A stretch of 32,000 nucleotides of DNA from Allobaculum fili (GCF_020969955.1 NZ_JAHDSX010000014.1:19651-51650), one strand, 5' to 3'; positions 1 through 9,317 are shown, counted from the first letter of the stretch. The notes: a model not told the origin generated them from the sequence alone. A program made the numbers and translations.

Positions 1-179
1 ATCCGAAAAAGTACGGCGTCATCGTCCGTCAGGGTAATAAACGGGGCGTTCTGCTTCCGGATCTGGAAGGCGTAAACAGCGTGGACGAGCAGATTTCCAT
101 CGCCATGCAGAAAGCCGGCATTCCGGCGCATGCAGACGATGTCGAACTGGAACGTTTTGAGGTCGTACGTCACGTATGA
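1..179 (+). CDS. AMMECR1-domain protein, C-terminal fragment (AmmeMemoRadiSam system protein A-like); 5' end is off-window
   Basis: The frame is open from the window edge to TGA 177-179. It reads [58 protein letters not shown], a typical AMMECR1 C-terminal block (G-x-LLP). The stop overlaps the next start (ATGA). Confidence 0.65.
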   Translation, partial: PKKYGVIVRQGNKRGVLLPDLEGVNSVDEQISIAMQKAGIPAHADDVELERFEVVRHV

Positions 180-991
180 AATGCGACGTCTGCTTCCGGA
201 AATGCGATCTGAAAGACGGCCAGATCGGGTTTTGCAAGGGGCGGGAAAATCGAAACGGTAAAATTGTTCCCCGCAATTACGGCCGCATTTCTTCCGCGGC
301 GCTCGATCCGATTGAAAAGAAGCCGCTTGTCGATTTTTACCCCGGCAGTCTGATTCTCTCGGTCGGCAGCTACGGCTGCTCCCTTCGCTGTCCGTTTTGC
401 CAGAATCATGAAATCAGCCAGCAGGATCTGGAAGGGCAGTGTGAAACGGTAACTCCGCAGCAGCTCGTCGACAAGGCCCTTTCTCTTGTGCCGTACGGCA
501 ATATCGGCATCGCCTTTACGTACAACGAACCGCTGATCGGTTACGAGTTCGTACGGGACAGCGCCCGGCTTGCCAAAGAGAACGGTCTTAAGACCGTCCT
601 GGTCACTTCGGGAAATGCGTCCGAAAAAGTGCTCGATGAACTGCTTCCGTATATCGACGCCTATAACATCGATCTCAAGGGATTTACCGACGACTATTAC
701 CGCTACGTCGGCGGAAATCTGGACATGACCAAATGCTTTATTGAAAAAGCCGCTAAGGCGGCCCATGTCGAACTGACGACGCTCATTGTTCCTGGAAAAA
801 ACGATTCCGTTGAGGATATGGAACGCATGGCCAAATGGATCGCTTCGATTTCGCCGGATATCGTTTTGCATCTCAGTCGGTATTTCCCCCGCTATCACGA
901 AAAAGAAGACCCTACGCCGATCGAAACCTTGAAAAAACTGCAGAATACTGCGAAGAAATATCTGAAAACGGTCGTTCTCGGCAACGTCTGA
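176..991 (+). CDS. Radical SAM enzyme, AmmeMemoRadiSam-system type (pyruvate formate-lyase activase-like)
   Basis: ATG at 176. It has an N-terminal Cys-rich stretch (CDVCFRKC...FC) and a CSLRCPFC (CxxxCxxC) 4Fe-4S/SAM motif. It is 271 aa and translationally coupled to the AMMECR1 gene. Confidence 0.8.
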   Translation: MKCDVCFRKCDLKDGQIGFCKGRENRNGKIVPRNYGRISSAALDPIEKKPLVDFYPGSLILSVGSYGCSLRCPFCQNHEISQQDLEGQCETVTPQQLVDKALSLVPYGNIGIAFTYNEPLIGYEFVRDSARLAKENGLKTVLVTSGNASEKVLDELLPYIDAYNIDLKGFTDDYYRYVGGNLDMTKCFIEKAAKAAHVELTTLIVPGKNDSVEDMERMAKWIASISPDIVLHLSRYFPRYHEKEDPTPIETLKKLQNTAKKYLKTVVLGNV

Positions 992-1043
992 CACGTTAAT
1001 TAAGTATTAAATTCAGATAAAGAAATCATCTCAAAAAGACACG

Positions 1044-1080
1044 AAAAAACCGGGTTCCCGTAAGAAGAATCCGGTTTATA
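1044..1080. terminator. Bidirectional intrinsic terminator between the convergent radical SAM gene and spx
   Basis: Stem AACCGGGTTC (1048-1057) pairs with GAATCCGGTT (1067-1076), with one G-U pair and a 9-nt loop. It is flanked by an A run upstream and TTTATAAAA downstream. Confidence 0.6.
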
Positions 1081-1098
1081 AAATGGGTGACAAATGAT

Positions 1099-1497
1099 CT
1101 AGTAAACGTAAGGATTGGCCAGGTCGCGACCTCTGCCGCGGCGGGGAATCAGGGCTGTGATTTCGTCGTGGTCGTATCCAACCGCCATGCTGCGTTCGGA
1201 AAGAAGAATCGGACGCTTGAGAATGGACGGATTTTCGTGGATGAAACTGGTCAGTTCAGAGATCGTCATATCGTCAATTCTTCCGTTAAGCAAAGCATAA
1301 GTCTTGGAACGGGTAGAAATGATGTCCTCTGTTCCGTTTTCGCAGCGGGCCATCAGATATTTAATCTCCTGCTCGGTCAGATCAGACGAGAAGACGTTTT
1401 TTTCAATATAATGAATATGATTTTCATCGAGCCATTTTTTGGCTTTTCGGCAGTTTGAACAGCCGGGGGAAGTATAGAACAATACGGTATTATTCAT
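1099..1497 (-). CDS. spx: Spx/ArsC-family global transcriptional regulator
   Basis: The N-terminus is MNNTVLFYTSPGCSNCRKAKKWL with a CxxC redox motif. The motifs IISTRSK and ILKRPI are also present. At 132 aa the length and pattern match Spx. Confidence 0.9.
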   Translation of the reverse strand: MNNTVLFYTSPGCSNCRKAKKWLDENHIHYIEKNVFSSDLTEQEIKYLMARCENGTEDIISTRSKTYALLNGRIDDMTISELTSFIHENPSILKRPILLSERSMAVGYDHDEITALIPRRGRGRDLANPYVY

Positions 1498-1814
1498 ACG
1501 GCTGAATTCAGCTCCTTTCTTAGAGTTCTTAACAGCGAATTAATCCTATCCAAAGGGTAGGCAAGATACAAGACCGATTCAAATTTCACTTTGAAAAACC
1601 GCAATTTTAAAGATGAAAGCGCTCCGCATTTTTAAATTACGGAAAATTGTGTGATAGAGTGTTTTATTCACCCTCAGAAAACGATCGTAAGGGAATCGTT
1701 TCCTTCTTTATATAAGCGTCTTTTTTCGAATCTTCTACGATCAAAGAGGCGGGTCAGATTGTACCTGTCCGAAAAAGTGATATATTAACAAAGTAATTTT
1801 TGAAAGGATGAATT

Positions 1815-2537
1815 ATGGGAAGACATTTTGAAGTGCGTGCAGCAGCCATGGCCAAAACTGCCGCCGCCAAAGCAAAGGTATACTCCAGATACTCGAAAGA
1901 AATCTTAGTGGCCGCAAAGAGCGGTGTCCCTGATCCCGATATGAACCAGGCGCTCAAAAAGGCAATCGCCCGCGCCAAGGCTAACTCCGTCCCCTCCGAT
2001 GTCATCAAACGTGCCATTGATAAAGCAAAATCCTCTGCGGATGAAAGCTTCTCGGCAGCTCGTTACGAAGGATTCGGCGCCGGCGCCGGCTCCACCATCA
2101 TCGTCGACTGCCTGACTGACAACGCCAACCGCACTATCGCAAACCTGCGTGCCTGTTTCAACAAGTCCCATTCCAAAATGGGCGTAAACGGATCCGTATC
2201 CTTCGGCTACGAAGATCTCGGCGTCATTGTTGTTCCGTTTGAAGACGAAGATGCCATGATGGAAGCCATGCTCGAAGGCGATATCGATCTGCGCGATGTG
2301 GAAGTGGAAGACGGCTACATGACCGTTACGGTCGATCCGACTCAGCTCGATGAAGCCAAGGAAGCCATCGATAAGCTGATTCCGGATGTAAAATACGAAG
2401 TTCTCGAACGCCGCATGGTTCCAAACGAAACCGTTGAGCTCGAGGGCGAAGATCTCGAACTGTTCCGCCGTCTGCTGACTCTGCTTGACGAAGTCGATGA
2501 CGTACAGAACGTTTACCACAACGTATCCAATATCTAG
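1815..2537 (+). CDS. YebC/PmpR-family DNA-binding transcriptional regulator
   Basis: The N-terminus is MGRHFEVRAAAMAKTAAAKAKVYSRYSKEI...NSVPSDVIKRAIDKA, a canonical YebC-family start. It is 240 aa, with SD AAAGGA upstream. Confidence 0.9.
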   Translation: MGRHFEVRAAAMAKTAAAKAKVYSRYSKEILVAAKSGVPDPDMNQALKKAIARAKANSVPSDVIKRAIDKAKSSADESFSAARYEGFGAGAGSTIIVDCLTDNANRTIANLRACFNKSHSKMGVNGSVSFGYEDLGVIVVPFEDEDAMMEAMLEGDIDLRDVEVEDGYMTVTVDPTQLDEAKEAIDKLIPDVKYEVLERRMVPNETVELEGEDLELFRRLLTLLDEVDDVQNVYHNVSNI

Positions 2538-2602
2538 TTTTCAAGGAAAACAGAGTTTAAACGGCTTTTCCATCGGATTCTCACGGCCTGCGTCCGGAAA
2601 TT

Positions 2603-2625
2603 CGGCTTGAAAAAGCCGTTTTTAT
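2603..2625 (+). terminator. Intrinsic terminator after the yebC-family gene
   Basis: CGGCTT-GAAA-AAGCCG hairpin (2603-2618) followed by TTTTTATATT. Confidence 0.75.
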
Positions 2626-2775
2626 ATTGCTCGAATGGTATGTCCGCTTATTGTTGAAGCGGAAGCAAAGGAACACGACGCAGACGGGAAAATTTCCGCT
2701 TCTGCGGCGTGTTGCTGCATATTCTGCCTGCGGCATGGAACTGAGCTCTGATCCTGAGGGCAGGAGTGTACGGCT

Positions 2776-3519
2776 TTACTTCTGGTCTTCGACTTTTTGC
2801 CAGAGCCGGTCTTCCTTGCGGTTGGTCAGCGCAAGCTGAAAGTTTTCTTTAGCCATCGGATAGTGTGCATACAGCTCGTTTAAAAGCTCCTTCATTTCCT
2901 GACGCTGTGAATGGCCGTCGTTTGGACAGACGGGTTTCACGGCAGGAATCTCATTGTCCCGGCACGCTTTGATGATTTCTTCTTCCGTGGCGTAGACGAG
3001 CGGACGAATGAGCGTAACGTCCGTTCTGGACATGTACTGGCTGGGCGAGAAGCAGGCGAAGCGTCCGCCGTGAATGAGATTGAGCAGGATGGTTTCCGTC
3101 GCATCGTCGGCATGATGACCGAAGACGACTTTATTGCAGCCAAGCTTTTTGGCTTCTTCGATGAGTGTTCCTTTTTTGAGCGTGGAACAGAGCGAACAGG
3201 AAATCCGATCGCCCTGCAGATTTTCGGGAAGATTTAAAATATCGAAAATGCGGGTGTCGACAATGTGAAGTTCAAGATTGTATTTCTCGGCGAATTCTTT
3301 CATGAGCTCGGTTTCCTTGCTGGAAAAGCCGACGTCGATATGAATCGCGCAAAGGGAAAAATCCTTTCCCTTGAATTTCTGATACATGCTCAGCGCCAGC
3401 CACAGCAGCATGGAATCCTTGCCGCCAGAAAGAGCTAGGGCGAGCATATCGCCAGGTTCAATCAGGCGAAAGTCCTGATCGGCCAGGCGGATTTTTCGAA
3501 GTAGAGTCTGCAGTTTCAT
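2776..3519 (-). CDS. PP-loop ATPase, TtcA-like tRNA 2-thiocytidine synthase family
   Basis: It has the SGGKDS PP-loop, CSLCS and CPNDGH Cys motifs, and GHHADDATETILLNL. I moved the start to the internal ATG at 3519 (MKLQTLL...) because the 40 upstream codons of the ORF-track call look non-coding. Confidence 0.8.
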   Translation of the reverse strand: MKLQTLLRKIRLADQDFRLIEPGDMLALALSGGKDSMLLWLALSMYQKFKGKDFSLCAIHIDVGFSSKETELMKEFAEKYNLELHIVDTRIFDILNLPENLQGDRISCSLCSTLKKGTLIEEAKKLGCNKVVFGHHADDATETILLNLIHGGRFACFSPSQYMSRTDVTLIRPLVYATEEEIIKACRDNEIPAVKPVCPNDGHSQRQEMKELLNELYAHYPMAKENFQLALTNRKEDRLWQKVEDQK

Positions 3520-3731
3520 AAATATGGGTTTGTGTTTAACCTTTCGGGGAAAAGACAGACGGCAGGCTGCCCGAGCGGCATACGGCAAGGTCGCATGTGC
3601 CCCTTGAATGCTTTCCTGCATGGAAAACGTCACCAGCAATTTTTCGCAAATGCAATGGCTGAAGGGAGGGTGCGGAAAGGGGACAGGTCTGTCTGTTTTG
3701 ATGTTTGTTCGGAATTGCTTAAAATAGCGGT

Positions 3732-4685
3732 ATGGATGGAATTCTTGTAATCAACAAGCCGGCGGGGATGACGAGTTTTGATGTCATTGCCAGGCTTCGT
3801 AAACAATATAAACAGAAAAAATTCGGCCACGCCGGCACTCTGGATCCCATGGCTTCCGGCGTTCTGGTCGTTCTCGCCGGCAGAGCCTGCAAGCTTCTGC
3901 CGTTTTTAAAAGATACCGATAAAGAGTATATCGCGCGCTGCGAACTTGGCGCTTCTTATGACACCGATGACATCACCGGAAAGCTCGAAGCGATTCGCCC
4001 GGTCACTCTGGATTTTGATGTGCAGAGTCTTCTGGATTCCTTTAAAGGCGAGCAGCATCAGCTCGTTCCCAAAGCAGCAGCTAAAAAGGTGGACGGAAAG
4101 AAGCTGTATGAATACCTGCGAGAAGGTAAGGAAGTCCCCAAAGTGTATTCGGATATTACCATTTACGATATCCGTGCCCTGGATGCGCCCCAATGGATGG
4201 ACGATTTCGTGACGCTTGCTTCTGAAGAAAAGACAGAAGCAACCGAGGGGGAAGCGGCTGAGAAGGAACAAAATGAACAGATCGAACTGGAGGAAAGAGA
4301 ATCCGTTCAGAAAGCGGATTTCTCGTTCTGGGTTTCATGCTCTTCCGGTACGTACGTTCGCTCCATCTGCCGGGATTTTGGCGTAAAGAGCGGAAACCTC
4401 GCCGCAATGAGCGCCCTGCAGCGAACAAAAGCCAACGGCTTTACGATTGAAGAAGCCGAAGACTTAGAAGCACCAGAACATACGCTTTATCCGATGGACC
4501 GGCTCCTGGATCTGCCCAAAGTCGATTACGAAACACCGGACGATATTCGAAACGGAAAAACGATCCATTTTCAAAGCGAATACGATCAGGTTCTGATGAT
4601 GGACGGAAACGAAGTTCTCGCCATTTATACGCGAAAATTCAGGGACCGGGATCTGTTTTCCTGTACAAGGGGGCTCTGGCAATGA
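3732..4685 (+). CDS. truB: tRNA pseudouridine(55) synthase TruB
   Basis: It has MDGILVINKPAGMTSFDV, the catalytic GHAGTLDPMASGVL motif and CSSGTYVRS. It carries an acidic insertion (see findings). Confidence 0.9.
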   Translation: MDGILVINKPAGMTSFDVIARLRKQYKQKKFGHAGTLDPMASGVLVVLAGRACKLLPFLKDTDKEYIARCELGASYDTDDITGKLEAIRPVTLDFDVQSLLDSFKGEQHQLVPKAAAKKVDGKKLYEYLREGKEVPKVYSDITIYDIRALDAPQWMDDFVTLASEEKTEATEGEAAEKEQNEQIELEERESVQKADFSFWVSCSSGTYVRSICRDFGVKSGNLAAMSALQRTKANGFTIEEAEDLEAPEHTLYPMDRLLDLPKVDYETPDDIRNGKTIHFQSEYDQVLMMDGNEVLAIYTRKFRDRDLFSCTRGLWQ

Positions 4686-5662
4686 AAAGCATACGCATAG
4701 AATTCGATCAGATTCCGGCTTTAGAGAAAAGCGTCTGCGCCCTTGGCTATTTTGACGGCGTCCATCGAGGACACCGGCAGCTGATGGAGACGGCGATAGC
4801 CAAAGCCAAAGCCGCCGGAATACAGAGTGCCGTCCTGACGTTTGATCCGGACCCCTGGCAGGTGCTGAAGCCGAATGCGGATCTGCATCATCTAAGCGAT
4901 CTCGAAGACAAGGCGATGATTCTCGAGTCGATGGGCATCGACTGCTTTTACATCGTGAACTTTACCCGGGAATTCGCGGGCCTTTCCAACGAACAGTTCC
5001 ATCAGTTTTTAAAGGATCTGAACATTACAGAAGTCGTCTGCGGCTTTGACTACACGTACGGGAAAAAGGGAAGCGGCAATATTGAAACGCTCAGAAAGGA
5101 CAGCGGTCTTCCGGTCGATGTGATCGAACAGATCAGCGATCACGAAGAAAAAATTTCCTCCAGCCGGATCGAAGCGCTGATTCGCGAAGGCAATGTGGAA
5201 GAAGCCGGCGAACTGCTCGGCTATTTGTACACGATGAAAGGCACGGTGGAATCGGGCTTTCAGCGCGGCCGCAAGCTTGGCTTTCCGACCGCCAATCTCT
5301 CCTTTTCCAAAGAAGAGCTCTGCCCGGCTTCCGGCGTGTACGCAGGGTATGTTCTCGTAAAGAATCACGCGTACAAGGCGATGATCAATGTCGGCACCAA
5401 TCCGACGTTTAACAACCGGGAAAAGACGATTGAAGCCCATCTGTTTGACTATTCCGGCTCCCTCTATGGCAAAAAAGTGCGCTTTCTGTTCGCCAGGCGC
5501 CTGCGTTCAGAAATCCGCTTTGCGAGCGTAGACGATTTAAAGGAACAGCTCAGGCGGGACGAGAAGGCATCTTTAAAGGCACTAGCGTTGCCGGATGCCC
5601 GTCTGGACCATACAGTTAATTTATGGAGTTTGGATGGGCTCGATGGTATACTTGAACCGTGA
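4682..5662 (+). CDS. ribF: Bifunctional riboflavin kinase / FMN adenylyltransferase
   Basis: ATGA overlap with truB. It has GYFDGVHRGH, a GFPTANL kinase motif and IEAHLFDY. The truB-ribF order is canonical. Confidence 0.9.
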   Translation: MKSIRIEFDQIPALEKSVCALGYFDGVHRGHRQLMETAIAKAKAAGIQSAVLTFDPDPWQVLKPNADLHHLSDLEDKAMILESMGIDCFYIVNFTREFAGLSNEQFHQFLKDLNITEVVCGFDYTYGKKGSGNIETLRKDSGLPVDVIEQISDHEEKISSSRIEALIREGNVEEAGELLGYLYTMKGTVESGFQRGRKLGFPTANLSFSKEELCPASGVYAGYVLVKNHAYKAMINVGTNPTFNNREKTIEAHLFDYSGSLYGKKVRFLFARRLRSEIRFASVDDLKEQLRRDEKASLKALALPDARLDHTVNLWSLDGLDGILEP

Positions 5663-5676
5663 AGTCAGGTGAAATT

Positions 5677-6006
5677 ATGTCAAATCAAACTAGTGCAATG
5701 AAAGTAACGGACCAGTACGGCTCGATCGTATACAACCGTTCCGTTTTTTCTGCAATCGCCCGCAATGTGATTGATGAATCGAAAGACGTTGAAGTCGCAG
5801 AAAGCTCCAAAGTATTCCATGCCGACAAGCTTTCCTGGATTGAAGACGGAAAACTGTATATTTCCATTCCCGTTCGGCTTGGCGTAAATGCCAATGTTAC
5901 GGATTTATGCGCGGCCCTGCAGAACAAGATTTACGAAAGCATTGAATACATGACCGACTACAAACCAGAATCGATTGAGATTCAGGTCGTCGGATTTATC
6001 TTTTAG
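5677..6006 (+). CDS. Asp23/Gls24-family envelope stress protein
   Basis: ATG at 5677 is preceded by AGGTGA. The ORF-track start at 5659 is a GTG without an SD. The sequence GSIVYNRSVFSAIARNVI...IEIQVVGF fits the Asp23 family, and the gene sits in the usual position upstream of nusB. Confidence 0.8.
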   Translation: MSNQTSAMKVTDQYGSIVYNRSVFSAIARNVIDESKDVEVAESSKVFHADKLSWIEDGKLYISIPVRLGVNANVTDLCAALQNKIYESIEYMTDYKPESIEIQVVGFIF

Positions 6007-6032
6007 GGAAATCGGCGGATTTCCCTTTTTTT
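6006..6032 (+). terminator. Strong intrinsic terminator between asp23 and nusB
   Basis: GGGAAATC-GGCG-GATTTCCC forms a perfect 8-bp stem (6006-6025) followed by T7. Confidence 0.8.
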
Positions 6033-6051
6033 GAAAGGAATACAAGACACT

Positions 6052-6627
6052 ATGAAACAGAAAAAGACCCTGGCCGATGTTGAGCCGATGAGCCCGGAAG
6101 AACTCGAAAAAGGACTTTCGAATCTCTCTCCGTTTATTTATGACGCCATCAAGGATCGACTCGACGAAATTCCTGTGGAAATTCAGGAAGCGCTCGTACA
6201 GAAAATTCCGCTGAGCACCGATCTCATGCTGAAATACGGCATCCCGTTTAACCGTCACCAGATGCGCATTATCGCGCTGAAGGCGATCTATCAGAATCTG
6301 CTCGTCGGAACCGATATCCGCAAGGCGCTCTTTGATCTGCTTCATGGCCATAACGCCATTGACGGCTACCTGTATGAGCTTTCCATCGGCACTATGGAAC
6401 ACAAGGACGAATACATCGAACTGCTCTCCTCCAAGCTGCGCAGGGACTGGACCTGGAACCGCATGCCGGTTATTGAACAGGCCATCCTTCTGATGAGCAC
6501 GCAGGAAATTCTGGAAGGAATCGCCCCGAAACCTGCGGTCATCAACGAAGCGATCACGCTTTGCAAGGAGTACAGCGAGCCCGGTTCTGCCAAAATGGTG
6601 AATGCGATTCTTGATTCGCTGAAATGA
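6052..6627 (+). CDS. nusB: Transcription antitermination factor NusB with an N-terminal extension
   Basis: The C-terminal two thirds (RHQMRIIALKAIYQ...VIEQAILLMSTQEIL...VINEAITLCKEYSEPGSAKMVNAILDSL) match NusB. ATG is at 6052; the ORF-track TTG at 6031 lies inside the terminator T run. Confidence 0.8.
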   Translation: MKQKKTLADVEPMSPEELEKGLSNLSPFIYDAIKDRLDEIPVEIQEALVQKIPLSTDLMLKYGIPFNRHQMRIIALKAIYQNLLVGTDIRKALFDLLHGHNAIDGYLYELSIGTMEHKDEYIELLSSKLRRDWTWNRMPVIEQAILLMSTQEILEGIAPKPAVINEAITLCKEYSEPGSAKMVNAILDSLK

Positions 6628-8051
6628 AAACTATAAAAGTTTCCCAGCTGGTCACGCTGGTCAGTCAGTTTCTGACGTCGAAAGTCCATACGGACAGCGT
6701 CATGATTTCCGGCGAACTTTCCAACGTTCGCTATGTCAGCGGCCACTGCTACTTTGATCTTAAGGATGAAGAAGGACAGCTTTCCTGTACTCTCTGGCGC
6801 TCGAATGCGAGCCGGGTAGGATTTACTCTCGAGGACGGAATGGCTGTCCTTGTTCATGGAACGCTCGATCTTTACGTAAAGCGCGGTCAGCTGAAGTTCA
6901 ATGTCGACCATGTAGAACTCGGCGGCATCGGCGCGCTCTATCTGCAGCTTGAAGAGCGCAAGAAACGACTGGCTGCCGAAGGTCTTTTTGATCAGGGCCG
7001 CAAAAAGCCAAGACCCGAGGAAATCAATAAAATCGCGATCGTAACGGGCAAGACGACCGCCGGCCTGCAGGATGCCCTGAAAACCATCCGTCTGCGCTGG
7101 CCGATGCTTCAGGCCACCCTGTTTCCCGCACCGGTGCAGGGAAATGACGCCCCGCCCAAAATTGTTGCGGCGCTCAAAGAAGCCGATGCGGCCGGCATGG
7201 ATGCCGTTCTGCTCATTCGCGGCGGAGGAAGCTTTGAAGATCTCTTCTGCTTTAACGACGAGCAGATCGTCCGTACGCTCGCAGCCATGAAAACGTACAC
7301 CGTCACGGGCATCGGCCATGAAATCGATACGTCGCTGGCCGATCTGGCCGCCGACCATCGTGCTCTGACGCCAACAGCCGCGGCGCAGTGGGTGACGCCC
7401 GATCAGAACGAAGTACGGGCCAGACTGGATGTGCTCACGCGCCAGATGGAAGAGCGGACACGCCGCCTGCTTCAGGTCAGCCGGCAAAATCTCCTGTATC
7501 TGGTCGGCTCTTCGCCCCTGTCCAATGTGCAGGGCTATCTGGAAACGCGAAGAGCACCCCTCAATGTGCAGATTCAAAAGCTTAACGGTGCCTTTGCGGC
7601 CATTCTGTCCAGCGCGCAAAGCCGTCTGGAAAAAGCTTCAGCCTTTTTGCCGGTCGAAATGGAAAATCTTTTGCGCACGCAGAAAAACCGGCTGTCGAGC
7701 ACGACGTCCGCGCTCTATTTTGCAGCGCCCGTTCATCGCATTACTCTGATGCAAAATGAGATCGGCCAGAACGTGCAGAAAATGGAAAAAGCCATGGACT
7801 GGCACTATGAACGCAGCCGCAGTGCGCTTGATAAACTGGACGCGCTTTTGCAGGCGCTCTCCGTAGAGCGTACGCTTGAACGCGGCTTTTCCATCGTCCG
7901 CCAGAACGGACACGTTCTCTCTTCGGCCGATTCGCTCAAAGCCGGCGATTCGCTTGATATCCGCTTTGCGAGGGGCTCGGCTGTATCCGTGGTTCAGTCG
8001 GTTTCACCGGATCTGAAAACGGAAGGCGAAGCGCCGGACACGGATCAGTAA
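6624..8051 (+). CDS. xseA: Exodeoxyribonuclease VII large subunit
   Basis: ATGA overlap with nusB. It has an OB-fold N-terminus (ISGELSNVRYVSGHCYFDLKDEEGQLSCTLW) and the catalytic core IAIVTGKTTAGLQD...IRGGGSFEDL...TGIGHEIDTSLADL. Confidence 0.9.
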   Translation: MKTIKVSQLVTLVSQFLTSKVHTDSVMISGELSNVRYVSGHCYFDLKDEEGQLSCTLWRSNASRVGFTLEDGMAVLVHGTLDLYVKRGQLKFNVDHVELGGIGALYLQLEERKKRLAAEGLFDQGRKKPRPEEINKIAIVTGKTTAGLQDALKTIRLRWPMLQATLFPAPVQGNDAPPKIVAALKEADAAGMDAVLLIRGGGSFEDLFCFNDEQIVRTLAAMKTYTVTGIGHEIDTSLADLAADHRALTPTAAAQWVTPDQNEVRARLDVLTRQMEERTRRLLQVSRQNLLYLVGSSPLSNVQGYLETRRAPLNVQIQKLNGAFAAILSSAQSRLEKASAFLPVEMENLLRTQKNRLSSTTSALYFAAPVHRITLMQNEIGQNVQKMEKAMDWHYERSRSALDKLDALLQALSVERTLERGFSIVRQNGHVLSSADSLKAGDSLDIRFARGSAVSVVQSVSPDLKTEGEAPDTDQ

Positions 8052-8076
8052 AAAACGCCTGGGTTCATCCCAGGCG
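8050..8076 (-). terminator. Hairpin with terminator polarity on the minus strand, located between xseA and xseB
   Basis: CGCCTGGG-TTCAT-CCCAGGCG (8056-8076) is preceded by A6 on the plus strand, so the U tract follows the stem only on the minus strand. Confidence 0.45.
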
Positions 8077-8202
8077 GCAAAGGACATAAAATTTCTGAAA
8101 ATAGCGTTTAAACCAAACGTCTTTGCACAGTAACCGGAAGATTCGGTTCAGTCCTCTGGATCGAATCGTTTCGTTTCCCATACAGAAAGGAGCCATACTG
8201 CC

Positions 8203-8460
8203 ATGGTTCAAAAAACGACAGCGATCCCGGCACCGCTCGATGCCCAGGGTCAGCCCATGAGCTTTCAGAAAGCCATGAAGCGCCTGGAAGAAATTGTTAA
8301 CCAGCTCAACGATCCCAATCTCGATCTGGAAACCGCGCTTGTTCTTTACAAGGAAGGCCTTCAGATTTCACAGTTCTGCTCGCAGCAGCTCGATCAGTTC
8401 CAGATGGAAATGAATCAGCTGAGCGCTCAGGCCAATCGAGGAGACGTCCATGAAGCCTGA
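8203..8460 (+). CDS. xseB: Exodeoxyribonuclease VII small subunit
   Basis: SD AAAGGAG upstream. The sequence SFQKAMKRLEEIVNQLNDPNLDLETALVLYKEGLQISQFC is the typical XseB helix-hairpin. Confidence 0.9.
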   Translation: MVQKTTAIPAPLDAQGQPMSFQKAMKRLEEIVNQLNDPNLDLETALVLYKEGLQISQFCSQQLDQFQMEMNQLSAQANRGDVHEA

Positions 8461-9310
8461 ACTGGAAACGTGTAAACAGGTGCTGGAAAAGCGCCTGGAC
8501 GAAAGCATTGCCGCTTTAGAACCGTCCCGGATTCAGGAAGCCATGGGGTACGCCCTACTTGGCGGCGGCAAGCGGCTTCGTCCGCTGCTGCTCTTTGCGG
8601 CCCTTGAGGCGTATGGTCTGGATCCCTTAAAAGGTCTGGATATGGCGTGCGGCATTGAAATGATGCATACATACTCGCTCATTCATGACGACATGCCGGA
8701 AATGGACGACGACAGGATGCGCCGCGGCAAACCGTGCACACACATTCTGTTTGGAACGGATGTCGGCCTTCTGGCAGGCGATGCCCTGCAGACGCTGGCC
8801 TTTGAAATGGCCGCAAAGGCGGAAAATCCAAAAGATGCAGCTGCACTCTGCCGCCTGATGGCGCAGAAAGCCGGCGCCAATGGCATGTGTCTCGGACAGG
8901 ATCTCGATTTGTGGAGTTCGGCTTCGGATGACGAAAGCCTGGAGCAGCTCGTGCGCATTGAAACGCTCAAAACCGGCTGTCTCTTTCAGCTGCCGCTCAG
9001 TTCAGCCGCTCTTATTGCGGATCATGAAGAAGATCTGGACGCGTGGGATGAAATCGGCAGGGAACTCGGCATTCTTTTCCAGTTACAGGATGATCTGCTG
9101 GAAATGACGAGTACCGAAGAGAAGATGGGCAAGTCCCTTTCGGATACGCGCAATGACAAAGCGACCGCCCTGACGCAGTACGGAATCGATCAGGCGACGC
9201 GCAAAATCGAAGAATGCTACGCGAAAATCGATCGTACGCTGGATGCGCTCGGTCTGCAGGATCAGACTCTGCGCGAACTTTTTGATGAAATTCGCCATCG
9301 TACTCACTGA
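8450..9310 (+). CDS. ispA: Polyprenyl (farnesyl/geranylgeranyl) diphosphate synthase
   Basis: The first Asp-rich motif is LIHDDMPEMDDDRMRRGKP and the second is FQLQDDLLE. It overlaps xseB by 11 nt. Confidence 0.88.
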   Translation: MKPELETCKQVLEKRLDESIAALEPSRIQEAMGYALLGGGKRLRPLLLFAALEAYGLDPLKGLDMACGIEMMHTYSLIHDDMPEMDDDRMRRGKPCTHILFGTDVGLLAGDALQTLAFEMAAKAENPKDAAALCRLMAQKAGANGMCLGQDLDLWSSASDDESLEQLVRIETLKTGCLFQLPLSSAALIADHEEDLDAWDEIGRELGILFQLQDDLLEMTSTEEKMGKSLSDTRNDKATALTQYGIDQATRKIEECYAKIDRTLDALGLQDQTLRELFDEIRHRTH

Positions 9311-9317
9311 TCCGAAA

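Noticed and set aside
170-994. A 274-aa minus-strand ORF exactly antisense to the radical SAM gene. Similar long antisense ORFs occur at 6366-7619, 9318-10283, 13808-14560, 17773-18444, 19244-19837, 25272-25892, 25961-26539 and 30745-31347.
   Set aside because: Each mirrors a sense gene with clear family motifs. Their translations are Arg/Phe/Gly-rich with no recognisable motifs and no SD, which is typical of shadow ORFs.
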